64,000 bases of DNA from Octopus sinensis (taxonomy: Eukaryota): assembly GCF_006345805.1 (NCBI RefSeq), contig NC_043001.1:96658001-96722000 (forward strand), in the 5' to 3' direction. This document shows, one piece after another, positions 1 to 13,760 of this stretch. The number at the start of each line of letters is the position of its first letter. The stretch's first letter is position 1. Position numbers and translations under genes: made by a program. The notes under the pieces are model-generated. The model was not told the DNA's origin. It did not search any database and saw nothing but the letters and a program-made list of their open reading frames with translations.

Positions 1-440
1 GCAGTGATTTGTTAATCACTATGCATGAGGCTGCTTAGATGGATGATGCACAAAGAAGCAGAAATCTAGATTTAGCAATGTCACTGCCCCCACTTAACAT
101 TTTGCGTCTGTTGCTAAAACTCATCTTTGTTTTTTAGTAATGTGCATCTCTACAAGATACTGTCTCGAGACGAATACCACAGTTTTGTGACTTTCTACAG
201 TATAGGCACGAGAAGATATGAGTCTAGGACATTTACCTCCCCCCCTTATGGACAATAAGCACCAAGAACAATTACCCTGACAACAAATGATTTAAATCTT
301 CTTAATATATTGCTGAGGGGCTAAATAACCAAGGAAGAAAATTTCCTAGGGGATAGTTGCCGTCGGGGGGGGGGGGAGAATTGTCTTATGGGGGATGAAT
401 TGTCCTAGAGGCGTAATTGTCCTGATACAGAAGATATACA

Positions 441-475
441 TAACAACAACAACAATAACAACAATAATAATAATA

Positions 476-532
<57 letters not shown>

Positions 533-610
533 TAATAATAATAATGATGATGATAATAATAATAACAATAATAATAACGATGATGACGACGATGATGATA
601 ATGATAATAA
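441..610. repeat. (AAC)/(AAT)/(GAT)n compound microsatellite
   Basis: Directly visible; explains the poly-Y/poly-L ORFs at 346-676. Confidence 0.95.
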
Positions 611-1530
611 TCTAGAAAAAAATGGAGTCCTGCCACATGAGCAGAAGGGTTGCAAGCGTGAGTGCAGAGGTACCAAGGATCAACTCCTGATAGACAAAAC
701 CATTATTAGAGACTGCAAGAGGAGGAAAAGTAACTTAGCAGTGTCATGGATCGACTATCGTAAGGCGTACGATATGATCCCACATTCTTAGATTATGGAA
801 CGTATGAACCTATTTGGTATTGCATCGAATGTTGAGCGATTGCTTGGAAAAATTATGGCGAATTGGAGGACGGACCTAACAGCATACGGAAGAAGTTTAG
901 GGACAGTAAAAATCAGGAGGGACATCTTCCAAGGGGACAACCTGTCCCCACTGATCTTTGTACTGTGCTTGATACCACCAACACTGATACTGAGGAAAGT
1001 AAGACCTGGGTATGCATTCAAAAGCCGCCAGCATAAATCAACCATTCGTTATTCATAGATGATCTCAAACTTTATGGTAAAGATGAAACCCAAGTCAGTT
1101 CCCTCGTTGATACTGTGTATACCTTCGGTGTTGATATCAGAATGGAGTTAGGACTGAGAAATTGTGGTGTGTCACTTTTGAAGAGAGGCAAAATCAAATG
1201 TATGGACGGGCTGACGATGCCATCAGGGGAGGTTATGAAGCGACGGGCTATAATTGCTTGGGGATTATGGAAATGGATAAGTAGTAGTAATAATAATTGT
1301 CGGAGCCCTGGGAGCAGTGAGCGAAAATCTCGAGAAGTACATGGAACAAATAGGGGCTGCAATAAGGGTGGAGCACTTGCAAAAAACAGTACTGCTTGGA
1401 ACCGTTCGAATACTCCGGAAGGTACTCGGAAAATAAGAGGTGTTAACTTAGTTCATTGGTATTGAGCAGCTAACACTGTAGTACATCTCCAGCGTTAGAA
1501 GCTGTGCAAATGCAACAACAATAACAACAA
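611..1530 (+). mobile_element. R4/Dong-like non-LTR retrotransposon, 5'-truncated and internally deleted (RT fragment joined to C-terminus)
   Basis: Reads [47 protein letters not shown]. After ~1240 it jumps to VVVIIIVGALGAVSENLEKY..LQKTVLLGTVRILRKVL* (stop 1434-1436), then a short 3'UTR and (AAC/AAT)n tail. Confidence 0.85.
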
Positions 1531-1583
1531 CAACAACAACAGTAATAATAATAATAATAATAAAAAGAATAAGAATAATAATA

Positions 1584-1815
1584 CTAAATGGAAGTATCAG
1601 CACTCAAGTTTCAACATGGCTCAAAAAGATTGGTTCAAATCTAAAAACAGAACAACTACAAAAATGTCAGTACTGCTTGGAACTGCAATAGTTCTACGCA
1701 GGGTTCTTGAAGCATGATCAGTAAACTCGTGTCACCTTAGTCTGCTGTCCGTGAACAGCTGACACGTTCGATTATACCCAGCAAAATAAGCCGACAGTCT
1801 TCATCAAATAATAAT
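1584..1815 (+). mobile_element. 3' end of a second R4/Dong-like family
   Basis: ..STWLKKIGSNLKTEQLQK/SVLLGTAIVLRRVLEA*, a different 3'UTR, and (AAT)n on both sides. Confidence 0.75.
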
Positions 1816-1972
1816 AATATTAACAACAACAACAAAAACAACAACAATAGCCCCAACAACCCATGTACTCAGAAAGGTGCTCTTCATTAATTAGTAGGAA
1901 CACACCCTCTGGCGTCCTACGACCATTGATTGGGCCCCAGCTCTAAGGGAAGAAACAGCAAGAGGAATCGGT

Positions 1973-1975
<3 letters not shown>

Positions 1976-2061
<86 letters not shown>

Positions 2062-2078
2062 TTGTTGTTGCTGCTGTT
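1976..2078. repeat. (CTA)n-(CTG)n-(TTG)n compound microsatellite
   Basis: Directly visible. Confidence 0.95.
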
Positions 2079-3197
2079 GTTAAGCAACAAGACGGGTAAG
2101 GGTGATTAGGTGATGGTCTAGGGCATGGGGCGGGAGACCCCAGACCTTGGAAAAAAACAAAAACTTTGGTCGTCTTCTTTTAGTCGAGGACTCTTCGTTG
2201 ACGCCCGACACCACTGGGAGGAAGCCCTCGAAGTCGCTGGAAATGGAGATCTCCAGGTCCAAATTCTTGCTGCTGCTGCTGCCGCTGCTACTGCTGATTT
2301 GAAACCAAAACATTGAGTAGCGTCTACCAGGTACACTGTCAGCTTTTTTGCATCTGCATCAGCACAAATAGGAAAAAGAAAACTATCATACATCACACTG
2401 AAAAATCTAAACAGAACCCATACATAGAATGCAAAATTACTTGAAGTCAATAGATTTGGAGGTCCCGAGATGAGAGGAGGTCGCAAATTATCGCCCACGC
2501 TAGAGACAAATACTGCGAAAGGGGCTGAAATGAGGTGAAGAGAAACAGGAACTTGCCTCCAAAGAAAGGCGTACTCGACAAAACGAAAAAACAGTAGCAC
2601 CAGTAAAGAGCCCCTTCAAGTGCAGTCGCTGTATACATGACTGTCATTCCCGTGTGGGCCTCTAACTACACGGCATACACAGCACCACCATCGGCTGCTG
2701 ACATAATTCCTTGAGGCACAAAACCATTGTCTCTCGGGACCGACGGATGGCTACCAAATAGGACAGATCTACAACATTCACTGCATGCATAGAATACATA
2801 GTAAAGGATAAATAAAAATAAATAAAACAGGCGCAGGTATCAAATATGGGCAACTTAGAATAGAAAAACTTGCACTGGTGTATATAACTACATATAACAT
2901 TAAACATGCATTGTAAAAGTCTCCGTTAGGCTTTAAGTCATTCTATATGAAACAATCATAAACTCGTCTTCAGATGCCAGCACTGCCGCCGGCGTTGCTA
3001 GCTGTGGATTCACTGTCGCCGCTGCTGCTGGTTGAGGTCGCTCGCTCCGCTGCCGCCGTTGCCGCCGCTGCGATCACTACGGACGCTACCGCTGCCTTTA
3101 CTGCCGTCGCTATCATTTGCGCCGTCGCTATCATTAGCGCCGTCGCCACCATCACCACGAATACCACCACTCCCCCACCCCACAACATCAACAACAA

Positions 3198-3554
3198 GTG
3201 GAGGCGCAATGGCCCAGTGGTTAGGGCAGCGGACTCGCGGTCGGAGGATCGCGGTTTCGATTCCCAGACCAGGCGTTGTGTGTGTTTATTGAGCGAAAAC
3301 ACCTAAAGCTCCACGAGGCTCTGGCAGGGGTGGTGGCGACCCCTGTTGTACTCTTTCGCTACCACTTTCTCTCACTCTTTCTTCCTTTTTCTTGTCCCCG
3401 ATTTCCTACGCAACCGCTGAGCCTGGATGCGCATTCATCCATCCGTCGATGCTCTCGGTGTCGGGGGTTGACCTGCTTTCTCTTATGCAGGTCTTACGAA
3501 TAGCAAAAGGACCACATTTTGGACTTCTCCCAAGAGGACGAAGACGGCTTCGCT
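3198..3554 (+). mobile_element. tRNA-derived SINE (here family A, tail X)
   Basis: A box TGGCCCAGTGG and B box GGTTTCGATTCC. The 5' ~190 bp match the copy at 14899. Possible low-complexity TSD caacaacaa. Confidence 0.85.
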
Positions 3555-4364
3555 CAACAACAACCACAATATCAACAAAAACTATTTAAAAATAGATAGG
3601 AAAACTAGAATACAACAGCAGATGTTTCGAAAATACAAAAAAAAAGATGAAATGACAATTCAAAAAAAATCCAAACTCAAGACAGCAGATAAAGTAGATA
3701 CAATTTAAAACATATTTTCCTTCTCTACATAAACATACCTAAACCGATGTGAACTATATGTAATGTCAATATAACATATGAATATTCAGTAGCATGACGT
3801 AGGAAAATACGGTAAAGAAAGAAAGAAAGACAGAGTCAAGGTAGAAACTAAGACACAGAAATTAAAAAGGATACAAAAGATAAAATCGATAATAATTAAA
3901 AGAAATACTGAATCAACTTTGGTATGTAAAACTAAAACAAAAATGCGTATGTAAGAAGCTAAGAATTAAGAAGAAAATAGAGATAGAGGAAATTAAACGC
4001 ACAATTTTAAAACAACTGATGAAATAAAAAATTGCAAGAAAGCAGATTTGAAGGAAGAAAAAAGTACTAAAATTGAGAAGAAAAATAGAAGAAATAAAGA
4101 AAGTTAGTTCAGTAAATGAGTTATGCAAACAGGCAAAAACAGAAGTCGTATTCTTGCGAGATAAACCAAGTTACGAATTTCTCTCTCTCTCTGTGTCTCA
4201 GACACACACGTGCACACTTTCGCTCTTTCTCAGGCACATACGCATGCATATATGCATATCTACATACAATCTGAGAATATACATATATCTATATATGCGT
4301 GTGCATGTGTTTTGCATATACATTTATATGCATATATATATATGTATGCATATATATATATATG

Positions 4365-4430
<66 letters not shown>

Positions 4431-4736
4431 CATTGTATGTAGATATGCATATATGCTTGTGTGTGTGCCTGAGAAAGAGCAAGAGTGTGCAAAAATATAT
4501 ACATTTTTTATTAATCGCAACGATCGTTTCGACACACCTTGCATCGGTTCTCACGGATGACACGATGTGCAACTGGTTGTCGTGCACACATCGGTGCAGA
4601 TGTGTCTCATCACAAAATCTTTTAAAGGTACCTCGCTTAATAAACTCGGTTTCTGCTGGTTCTATAATAATTTGTGTCTTTATTTACCTGCAGCCAGTTG
4701 CCTACATACATTCACACATACATACATATATACATA

Positions 4737-4769
<33 letters not shown>

Positions 4770-4834
4770 CACACATGCATACACACACACACGCATACGC
4801 ACGCACACAGACACACACACATATGTATGGTTGA

Positions 4835-4960
4835 AATTTATAGAAAAACAGTAGACGAAGGCAGGTGTATGGACAACAAACAAGCGTATTACTTTGACGC
4901 TCGTGAAAAATGGAGAAGTCTTTTACGTTTCGCGCTTACGTACATCCACAGAAAAGAATA
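4835..4960 (-). mobile_element. Penelope-LTR-like repeat (here family W) with degenerate hammerhead-like motif
   Basis: Homologous to 17875-18000 and 24470-24660; minus strand CTGTGGA..CGAAACGTAAAAGA. Confidence 0.6.
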
Positions 4961-5757
4961 AGAGAAAATAAACTGAGAGCGCGGGAGTGAAAAAGACTTG
5001 TTGATTTCAGCAATCCAGTATGGCGTATACATACATACATACATACATACATACATACATACATACATACATACATACATACATACATACGAGAAATAGA
5101 CAGTGCTGAGTTGTCAAACATTTAAACCAAATTTTCTCAAAACAACCTGTCCGACAGTCCCATAGGCCTCTCCTTTGAGAAACACTGATTTAACCTAAAT
5201 TTGAGACACCAGCAAAAGAAGAAATAATGATAGACGTTTTTCTATTCCAAAGAAAAACGATTTTATTTACAGAAATATGCAACCGAAGACTTTAAAACTA
5301 CCAGTAATTACATCGCAACAGCTGATGTACTTGCGCGTACAAATGCACGTTCCTACAGATTTATCGATCGCATTCTCATCTAGAATCGATTTTTGTAACT
5401 ACAGAAGACTTGTGTTACATGGTAAAAAATATATTTAAATCATTATGTTAGAAAAATGTAATAAAATTTTGCGTACAGTAACATTGTTTTTGGAGAAATA
5501 ACCGGTTTCGTATTTTCTTTTTAAATTTCTCAGATTTCTTTACCTATATTTTGTCATCTCTTCGCTATGTTGTGAAATATGGAGTTCCAGACAGGGGAAG
5601 GTATTCAAGGATGTTTTCGGTATAAGGGAGATAATCAGAAATGTTGGGAATGACTAAGTTTTATTAAATTAACATGATTTTGTTTAGAAAGAATAGAATT
5701 GGTACAAGTTGTTAGGTTTTGCTTTATATTTTTTTCAATGAGACAAGTTTAAAAAAG

Positions 5758-6250
5758 TTAGATGTGATTAAGTTTTGGCTTATATTTTTCAGTGAAGTAG
5801 ATTTCATTATTTAATCTAACTTGAGCTGGTGTTCCAATGGATAGAATTGAAAGATTACAAATTGCGGTAGCAATTACTTTGCGCATTTCTCAAAATATTC
5901 ACTAAATGGTATCATTCTCTATTCTGGGAATGCAATCTGCTGTCGGTGCAGAGTGTATTTGCGTCTGAGCGACAATCCCGTAGACCCTATGTAGTTTTCG
6001 TTGCAGCACGGGCATATTATAACATAAATCAGGTTTTCTGAAGCACATATAAAGTCAGATTTGATTTTGAATTTTTGTCCCTCTCTGAAAAGGAATTCTG
6101 ATCCTTTTAGAAGGTTTAGGAATGTTGTACAATTTGGTCGACCACATTTCTTCACTTTTACGCCAGCTATTTTAGAAAATAATTTTGCCTTTGTGAGGAT
6201 CTTTTTTTAGTGATTTCGGTTGTTTGTGGCTTAAAATGAACTAATTTGTA
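5758..6250 (-). mobile_element. Penelope-like element, GIY-YIG endonuclease remnant
   Basis: KQPKSLKKILTKAK, KCGRPNCTT, CASENLIYVIICPCCNENYIGSTGLSLRR..HRQQI, then a frameshifted ..EKYKPKLNHI* ending at 5758. Confidence 0.85.
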
Positions 6251-6254
6251 AAAT

Positions 6255-6526
6255 TTCCTGCGGGAGACCAACAAAATTCCTTGTAACACCAGGATGAAGT
6301 GAAGGCAAGACTTATGGTAGCATTAACCAAAAAGGAGATCGTCAAGAAGAGTTGCAGGAGGTACCGAAGTCGTCTAGAGGCTGTGATTGAAGGGAATGGC
6401 GATTTTATGGAATAAATTCACTCTTTAGTATTACAAAATATTTTTATGTAATTTTAAAAGATATTTTTGCTAAAATGAGATGTCAGTGTTATTTTCATTT
6501 CTGCGTAATTTAGATCACAATTATTC

Positions 6527-6530
<4 letters not shown>
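6255..6530 (+). mobile_element. Tc1/mariner-like transposase C-terminal fragment and right end
   Basis: DEVKARLMVAL..KKSCRRYRSRLEAVIEGNGDFME* (one frameshift), followed by a TIR-like GATCACAATTATTCCCC. Confidence 0.7.
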
Positions 6531-6608
<78 letters not shown>

Positions 6609-6922
6609 ATATATATATACTCATACACATATATATATACACACGTATATATATATATATATATTATATATATATATATATATACTCATACACATATATA
6701 TATATACATATATATAATACATATATATATACTTACATATATACATATATATACATATATACACACATATATATACATACATATATATATACACATATAT
6801 ATACATATATATATATACATTTATATATACACACACATATATACATATATATATATATATACATTTATATATATACACACATATATATGTACATACATAT
6901 ATATATACATTTATATATATAC

Positions 6923-6953
<31 letters not shown>

Positions 6954-7104
6954 CATATATTTATATATATATACATATTTATATATATATATATATATAT
7001 TATACATATATATATACATATACATATATATATACATATACATATACATATATATACACATATACATATATATATATATAATATATATATACATATATAT
7101 ATAC

Positions 7105-7147
<43 letters not shown>

Positions 7148-7266
7148 CTATATATATACATAATATATATACATATATATATATATATACATATATATAT
7201 TACATATATATACATATAATATATACATACATATACATACACATACATACACATATACATACATAC

Positions 7267-7311
<45 letters not shown>

Positions 7312-7330
7312 ATGTATATATATATCTGCG
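6531..7330. repeat. (CT)n plus degenerate (TA)/(TACA)n tract
   Basis: Directly visible. Confidence 0.95.
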
Positions 7331-7369
7331 TATATTTATGAAGATCCACTCACATACATACAGACTCAC

Positions 7370-7410
<41 letters not shown>

Positions 7411-8260
7411 ATGTGTGATATGTGTAATTCTACTACAAAGAGACTCGTTTCAGTAAAATGAAAACGAAAGCAAGCAAAAACAAACAAAAAAAAAGGAAAA
7501 AAGAATAAAAAATAGGAAACAATGACAAGAACGTAACTTTCAACAAAGATCAGCCTAACATGGCAGAGCATTAAGAATCAGAGAAATTGGAGAGATTGTT
7601 AAAGTTAAAAAAGAAACCTTTGTTTTGCCTTCAGCAATGCAAAACGTAAGACTGATAAAATTCCACTCAAAACAAAGGAAAGTTTCTAAGAAAACTTATA
7701 TCAGTATTAGCGAGCGACAAGTTGATGAGAAAGTTAGAAATATTTTGTGATATATATGACATTAAAAAGCCGTCAACGAAGCTGCCATTGTATGTAGATG
7801 CTCGGGAAATATTATGAAACCATGATCTTACTTTAAAGCCAAAAGTGAAGATAATGCATAGTGTCTTTAACTTAAACGACACAATGAAATGTGTGTTTTA
7901 TCTTCATTATCAACGTCGTAGCCGCCATCGTCGTCGCCACCATCATCGTCGCCGCCATTGTCGTCGACGTTATCAAATTGGACTAATAGAGGACATTAAT
8001 ACGTGCCAGTCAGTTTAGAATATACAGTGAATATAAAACGCTATCGAATTCCTTTGCTTTCTAGCTTTTGGATTACTACACGTTCTCAGTCGATCGGATT
8101 TCGTTCAAAGCAACTATGTGGATCGATTAACGTCTTTAGTGGAAACACTTGCCCAAAATACAGCTTCATGAGTCTTATCTGGGTTTCCCTGATGCAAATG
8201 AGCATCTTCAATATTCGTTTCAAATTTAGGTACATGTCCAGCAATTTCTAGAAATTACAT

Positions 8261-8415
8261 CGACTCCAGTGTTCAGTTGTTACTTATTTTATAGACACCG
8301 AAAATATGAACTGCAAAGTCGTCCTCGGCGGAATTTGAACACGGAATGCAAGGACATAGAGAATGTAAGGGCAATATTTCGCTCGGCGTGCTAACTGTTC
8401 CACCAGCTCACCGCA
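8261..8415 (-). mobile_element. tRNA-derived SINE (here family K), degenerate
   Basis: Matches 47575-47805: ctcggcggaatttgaac..gtgctaac..ccagctcaccgc. Confidence 0.75.
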
Positions 8416-9007
8416 TTGAACTTCTTACATATTCTACCATACTGTGCTGCGACTTGAGAATTATCACAGTCATAAAATGATAAATTACTAGGATTTTTTT
8501 TCTATGTAACAAAATAAAAAATGGAGAAAAAAATGAAACAAAATTTCTGTATGCTTCAAAACCTTGCAATACGAGACCGTAAATACGAGAGTGTAAACAG
8601 ACAGAACAAATTGATAAGGTGTGCCTCATTAAGAAGGAAAATAAGGAATTCTTATTCAACGGTGGATCAAAGTTGAAAGCATGAATCAATGTAAAGCTAT
8701 TAAGGCAGAAGAGCAAAAGAAGCAACAGCGATATCAACAATAACATTCGAAGGAAGCATAGCATTAAATATGCCAGCATCAAAACCAACTAATACGAGAA
8801 ACAATGATTATGAAATGATTTTCAACAACTGTAAACAGAAATGCATTTGAGTTAAGATGAAAAATAAGCGGGGAAAATTGCTAACACTGTTTTGAACTTT
8901 ATTGTTAACGAAGCGAGGATGAAAAAAAGGTCTGCAAAAAGCAATAAGGGAAATACACAAAAGTGCCTGCTACATAATCAATGACTATAGCAACAACATG
9001 AGTAACT

Positions 9008-9048
<41 letters not shown>

Positions 9049-9064
9049 TGAGTGTATGTGTTTT

Positions 9065-9096
<32 letters not shown>

Positions 9097-9221
9097 GATA
9101 TCATGTCACTCATTAAATATTATCAAAACAAAACAGAGTCAAACTAACACACATACACGTGCTGTAATCGACTTAAGAGTATTTTTTATTGTAGTTGAGT
9201 TTAGCGTGTTTGTAAATATAT

Positions 9222-9505
9222 ATGTATATATATTTATGCATACATATATATATATATGTATATATATGTGTATATATGTATATATATACATATATATATA
9301 CATATATATATATATACATACATGAATATATACACATACATATATACATATTCATAAATATACATATATACTTACGTACATATATATACATAAATATACA
9401 TCTACACATACATATATACATATTCATATATGTACATATATACTTACGTACATATATACATAATATACATCTATACATACATATATACATATATATATGT
9501 ATATA

Positions 9506-9552
<47 letters not shown>

Positions 9553-9613
9553 ATTTACATGTATATATATATTCATATATATTTACATATATTTACATGC
9601 ATATATATACTTA

Positions 9614-9644
<31 letters not shown>

Positions 9645-9895
9645 GTATATATATGTGTATATATGTATATATATACATATATATATACATATATATATAT
9701 ATACATACATGAATATATACACATACATATATACATATTCATAAATATACATATATACTTACGTACATATATATACATAAATATACATCTACACATACAT
9801 ATATACATATTCATATATGTACATATATACTTACGTACATATATATACATAAATATACATCTATACATACATATATACATATATATATGTATATA

Positions 9896-9942
<47 letters not shown>

Positions 9943-10003
9943 ATTTACATGTATATATATATTCATATATATTTACATATATTTACATGCATATATATAC
10001 TTA

Positions 10004-10034
<31 letters not shown>

Positions 10035-10293
10035 GTATATATATGTGTATATATGTATATATATACATATATATATACATATATATATATATACATACAT
10101 GAATATATACACATACATATATACATATTCATAAATATACATATATACTTACGTACATATATATACATAAATATACATCTACACATACATATATACATAT
10201 TCATATATGTACATATATACTTACGTACATATATATACATAAATATACATCTATACATACATATATACATATATATATGTATATATATATGTA

Positions 10294-10324
<31 letters not shown>

Positions 10325-10395
10325 ATATGTATATTTACATGTATATATATATTCATATATATTTACATATATTTACATGCATATATATACTTATA

Positions 10396-10426
<31 letters not shown>

Positions 10427-10430
10427 GTAT
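9222..10430. repeat. TA-rich higher-order tandem repeat, period 390 bp, about 3 copies
   Basis: Near-identical ORF-track translations recur at 9497, 9887 and 10277. Confidence 0.9.
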
Positions 10431-11145
10431 GTGTATTCAACGTAAACATACACACAAGTGCACACACAGACACACATATACGTATGTACATATGCCAAAA
10501 AACAATGTATTTACAATATCAATAATCACGGTTACATGCATGTCAATATAAAAACAATCAATAGACAATAACAGCAACAACAACAACAACAGCAACAGCA
10601 ACAACCGTGACGATAAAAGATCACGACATGAAACGAGTCATATAATGAGTGAGATTGTAATAGAAAATCCTTTTTTCTTTTAATTCTCCATCTTTTTCCA
10701 ACCGTCTACACGTCTTCGTTAACATTAACAGGCTTCTTTTCATTATTATTGACAAGCATCAAAGCAACGAACCTATAAATACTACATACCTGCATACGTA
10801 AATATGAGCACGTTACCACCTACACTCACACACGCACATATATATACAAACACACACACACACACATATTTACAAACAAACATGCACATACATACACAGG
10901 GTCTTAGAGACTCTCAAACACGCACACACAACACATACACACACATACATTCAAACACGCACGTAACGTACGTTAGAAATAATAGTTTCAAATTTTGACA
11001 CAAGGTTAGTAAATTCAGAGTAGAGGAGAAGTCGATTACATCAACCCCTCTGTTTCATTAGTACTTAATTTATCGACCCCGAAAGGAGGAAAGACAAAGT
11101 CATGCCCGGTGGCATTTGAACTGAAAACGTAAATACGGATGAAAT

Positions 11146-11181
<36 letters not shown>

Positions 11182-11239
11182 GCTAGCTGAAGGTGACCCG
11201 CTCTACGCGCGGGTAAGAGTGTGGTTGTTACTTTCTGTT

Positions 11240-11542
11240 GCTTCCTTTCAGCACGTAAAAAGCACCATCCGAACGTGGCCGATTGCAGCGCCGCCTTGAC
11301 TGGCTTCTGTGCCGGTGGCACGTAAAAAGCACCAACCGATCGTGGACGCTGCCAGACCCCTGGTACCTGTGCCGGCGGCACGAAAAAAGCACCCACTACG
11401 CTCACAGAGTGGTTGGCGTTAGGAAGGGCATCCACCTGTAGAAACACTGCCAGATCAGACTGGAGCCTGGTGCAGCCTCCTGGCTTCCCAGATCCCGGTC
11501 AAACTGTCCAACCCGTGCTAGCACGGAAAACGGACGTTAAAC

Positions 11543-11570
<28 letters not shown>
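11240..11570 (+). mobile_element. SINE or RTE-like 3' portion with (GAT)n tail (Ceph-SINE-like)
   Basis: Three GCACG(T/A)AAAAAGCACC sub-repeats, GTTGGCGTTAGGAAGGGCATCC, and a tail CAACCCGTGCTAGCACGGAAAACGGACGTTAAAC(GAT)n. Confidence 0.65.
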
Positions 11571-11573
<3 letters not shown>

Positions 11574-12421
11574 CTCCCTCTTTGTTTCTCTCTCACTTTC
11601 CCCACTCTCTTACTCTTCCTTTCTCTCGGACTCTCCCTCGTTTTCTCTTACTCTCTATCTTTATCTATCTCTCTCCCATTTATAAACAACAAAAGATCTT
11701 GAGTAAGTTGAGAAATGAAATATTTAGAAAGATCAATCATAAATATCAGGCAGTAACAACGGAAAGGTCTGCTTCATGGTAGACAGCAAAACACTAACAT
11801 TTAAAAGGGACAGACGAACTTGCGAGCTGAATAAAAATAATAAAATATTGGAAACCAAAGTTTGAAGGGATAGAATCTGAGGATAGTAGAGTCACCATGG
11901 CTGGCATTTCTTAACGACGGACAGCAACGTTTTGACTGTTTAACGGCTGGCGTAAAATTTTGAACTGGATGTAAAAGAAAATCCCTAAACACCAAGTTTT
12001 GAAGTGATTCTTTCTCACGACAGTAGACTCACCATGGCAAGCATTCAAAACTTCTTCATCGTGGACGGCAACACATTGACGATTAAAAGGCTGGCGCAAA
12101 TTTTTTAGCTTGATGTAACAGAGAATTCCTAAACACCCGCTCCTTTAAATTTTAATTCCCTTCCAGCCCCATTTAGATCCCTTTTCACATTTTGGTTAAT
12201 ATAACTCGATTTCATTCGAGTCTACTGGGGCCACATTTTATAAGATGAGGAATTTTGTCCTAGAGGTCACGCCTTTCATTTGAGGAAAAAAATAGTTGTC
12301 ATGCAAACTTGCCAGCACTTTTAACATAGGTCTGCATATTTTCAGCTCAACCGACCACATAATGCACACTTTATATATATATATGTATATATGTGTATGT
12401 GTGTTGGAATCTCTCTCATAC

Positions 12422-12546
12422 GTGAGCGTTGACGCTGAATTCGACTGGTAAGCAGATAACCTTGTCTTTATTGAAATAGTTGTGAGCTGCTGGAGTTATT
12501 TCTCTGACGGTAATAGGAATTTCCATATCCTCGCCGAGGAAACGAA
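12422..12546 (-). CDS. Candidate coding exon of an unidentified gene (125 nt, phase 1 to 0)
   Basis: Acceptor ttgtttctgggtcaacag, donor GTATGA. Open frame RFLGEDMEIPITVREITPAAHNYFNKDKVICLPVEFSVNAH in non-repetitive DNA; joins in frame to 13761-13846. Confidence 0.55.
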
Positions 12547-13760
12547 CTGTTGACCCAGAAACAATTAGATTAATTTTAATAAAAGCATCAATTTAAGAAA
12601 AAAATAATAAAGTAAAAAATGAAATTTTAGCACGAAAAATTTGCAGGGTTCTAAATAAATGTTAAAATGTAATAGATACGAAAAACCTACGTTATCACCA
12701 AACACGAACGCTCGTTGGTGTTTCTGTTTGTATTTGCTCCATCGGCGCGTTGACAGGCAGACAATAGAATGCGATGGCGAGATTCATAATATTTGTTGTC
12801 ATGATTGTGTGTTGGTGGTGGCGATGATAATTCTCTCTATGAATGCAGACAGATACATAAAAGAACGCCGTTTGACGAAATGAAAGTGATGGGAAGGTAG
12901 GAAATAGGGTGAGTGAAAAAGTGCTGGGAAAGGAGGAAATAGCGTGAGTGAGTGAGGAAGACAGATACATTAAAGAATGGGAGTGGACTTGTGAAAGTGG
13001 GTTTTTGGCCCTAGAAACGACACCTTTTAAGATAGGGATTTCTAACGTAGCCCACGGGCATCGTCACCTCATTTTACATGTCCCTGTAAATTTTGGAGTC
13101 AATCCGACGGGATGTAGTGGCCTTGAAAGCGATCCAAGCGGTCCAAACGCATTTCAGTTTTATATATAGAGATATATATATTTATATCCAGAGAGAGACA
13201 AACAGACAGAACGACAGATAGATAGATAGATAAATGGACATTTGTATAGTTATCTGCGTGTTTATATTAATGTGTGCATCTGACTGTGTATGGTATGTGC
13301 GTTTGTATCTTTCTCGATACACACACACACACACATACACACACAGATACCTATGTGTGTTTGCGTGTGCGTGTGCATGCGTATAAAGTCATGTAAGCAA
13401 ATATATATGAAAGTGAGTGCAATTAAAATTAACGGGCAAAAATAATCTTCAGTTATATAGAAGCCAGCTATTCTTAGCCACCCATTGCATATACATTTAA
13501 CATTTATGCTGTTTAGCTATCTGCCAAAACTTTTCAGGCAATGCACCTTAAATGATCCGCAAAAACAGGAAATGTACGTACATATGATTTAAGGTGTATT
13601 TCCTGAGTTTGGAAATCTCAGGATGCTATAATGCAGCTAAGTTTCAAGTGTTACCCTTTTCTTCTTAATACATACATCATCGTTCCAGTCATATATAACA
13701 TCGTTCATATAAATAATACGTAACGTAGTTTTCTGAAGTGTATTTTGCACACACACGCAC

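Noticed and set aside
3200-3275. tRNA-like heads here and at 14899, 27680, 46752 and 47805
   Set aside because: A/B boxes continue into SINE bodies and tails, with no complete cloverleaf; these are not tRNA genes.
2970-3306. Overlapping Ala/Thr/Pro-rich ORFs
   Set aside because: A decayed GCC/GCT/ACC tract running into a SINE head; open in several frames.
7600-7900. Plus-strand frame LRKLISVL..KLPLYVDAR resembling a hAT transposase
   Set aside because: The diagnostic TRWNS motif is not intact and no TIR is seen; too weak to call.
8408-8788. Hydrophobic 126-aa ORF with an acceptor-like site
   Set aside because: The adjoining, partly overlapping 8750-9000 is homologous (inverted) to 17050-17290, so at least the ORF start lies in an old repeat.
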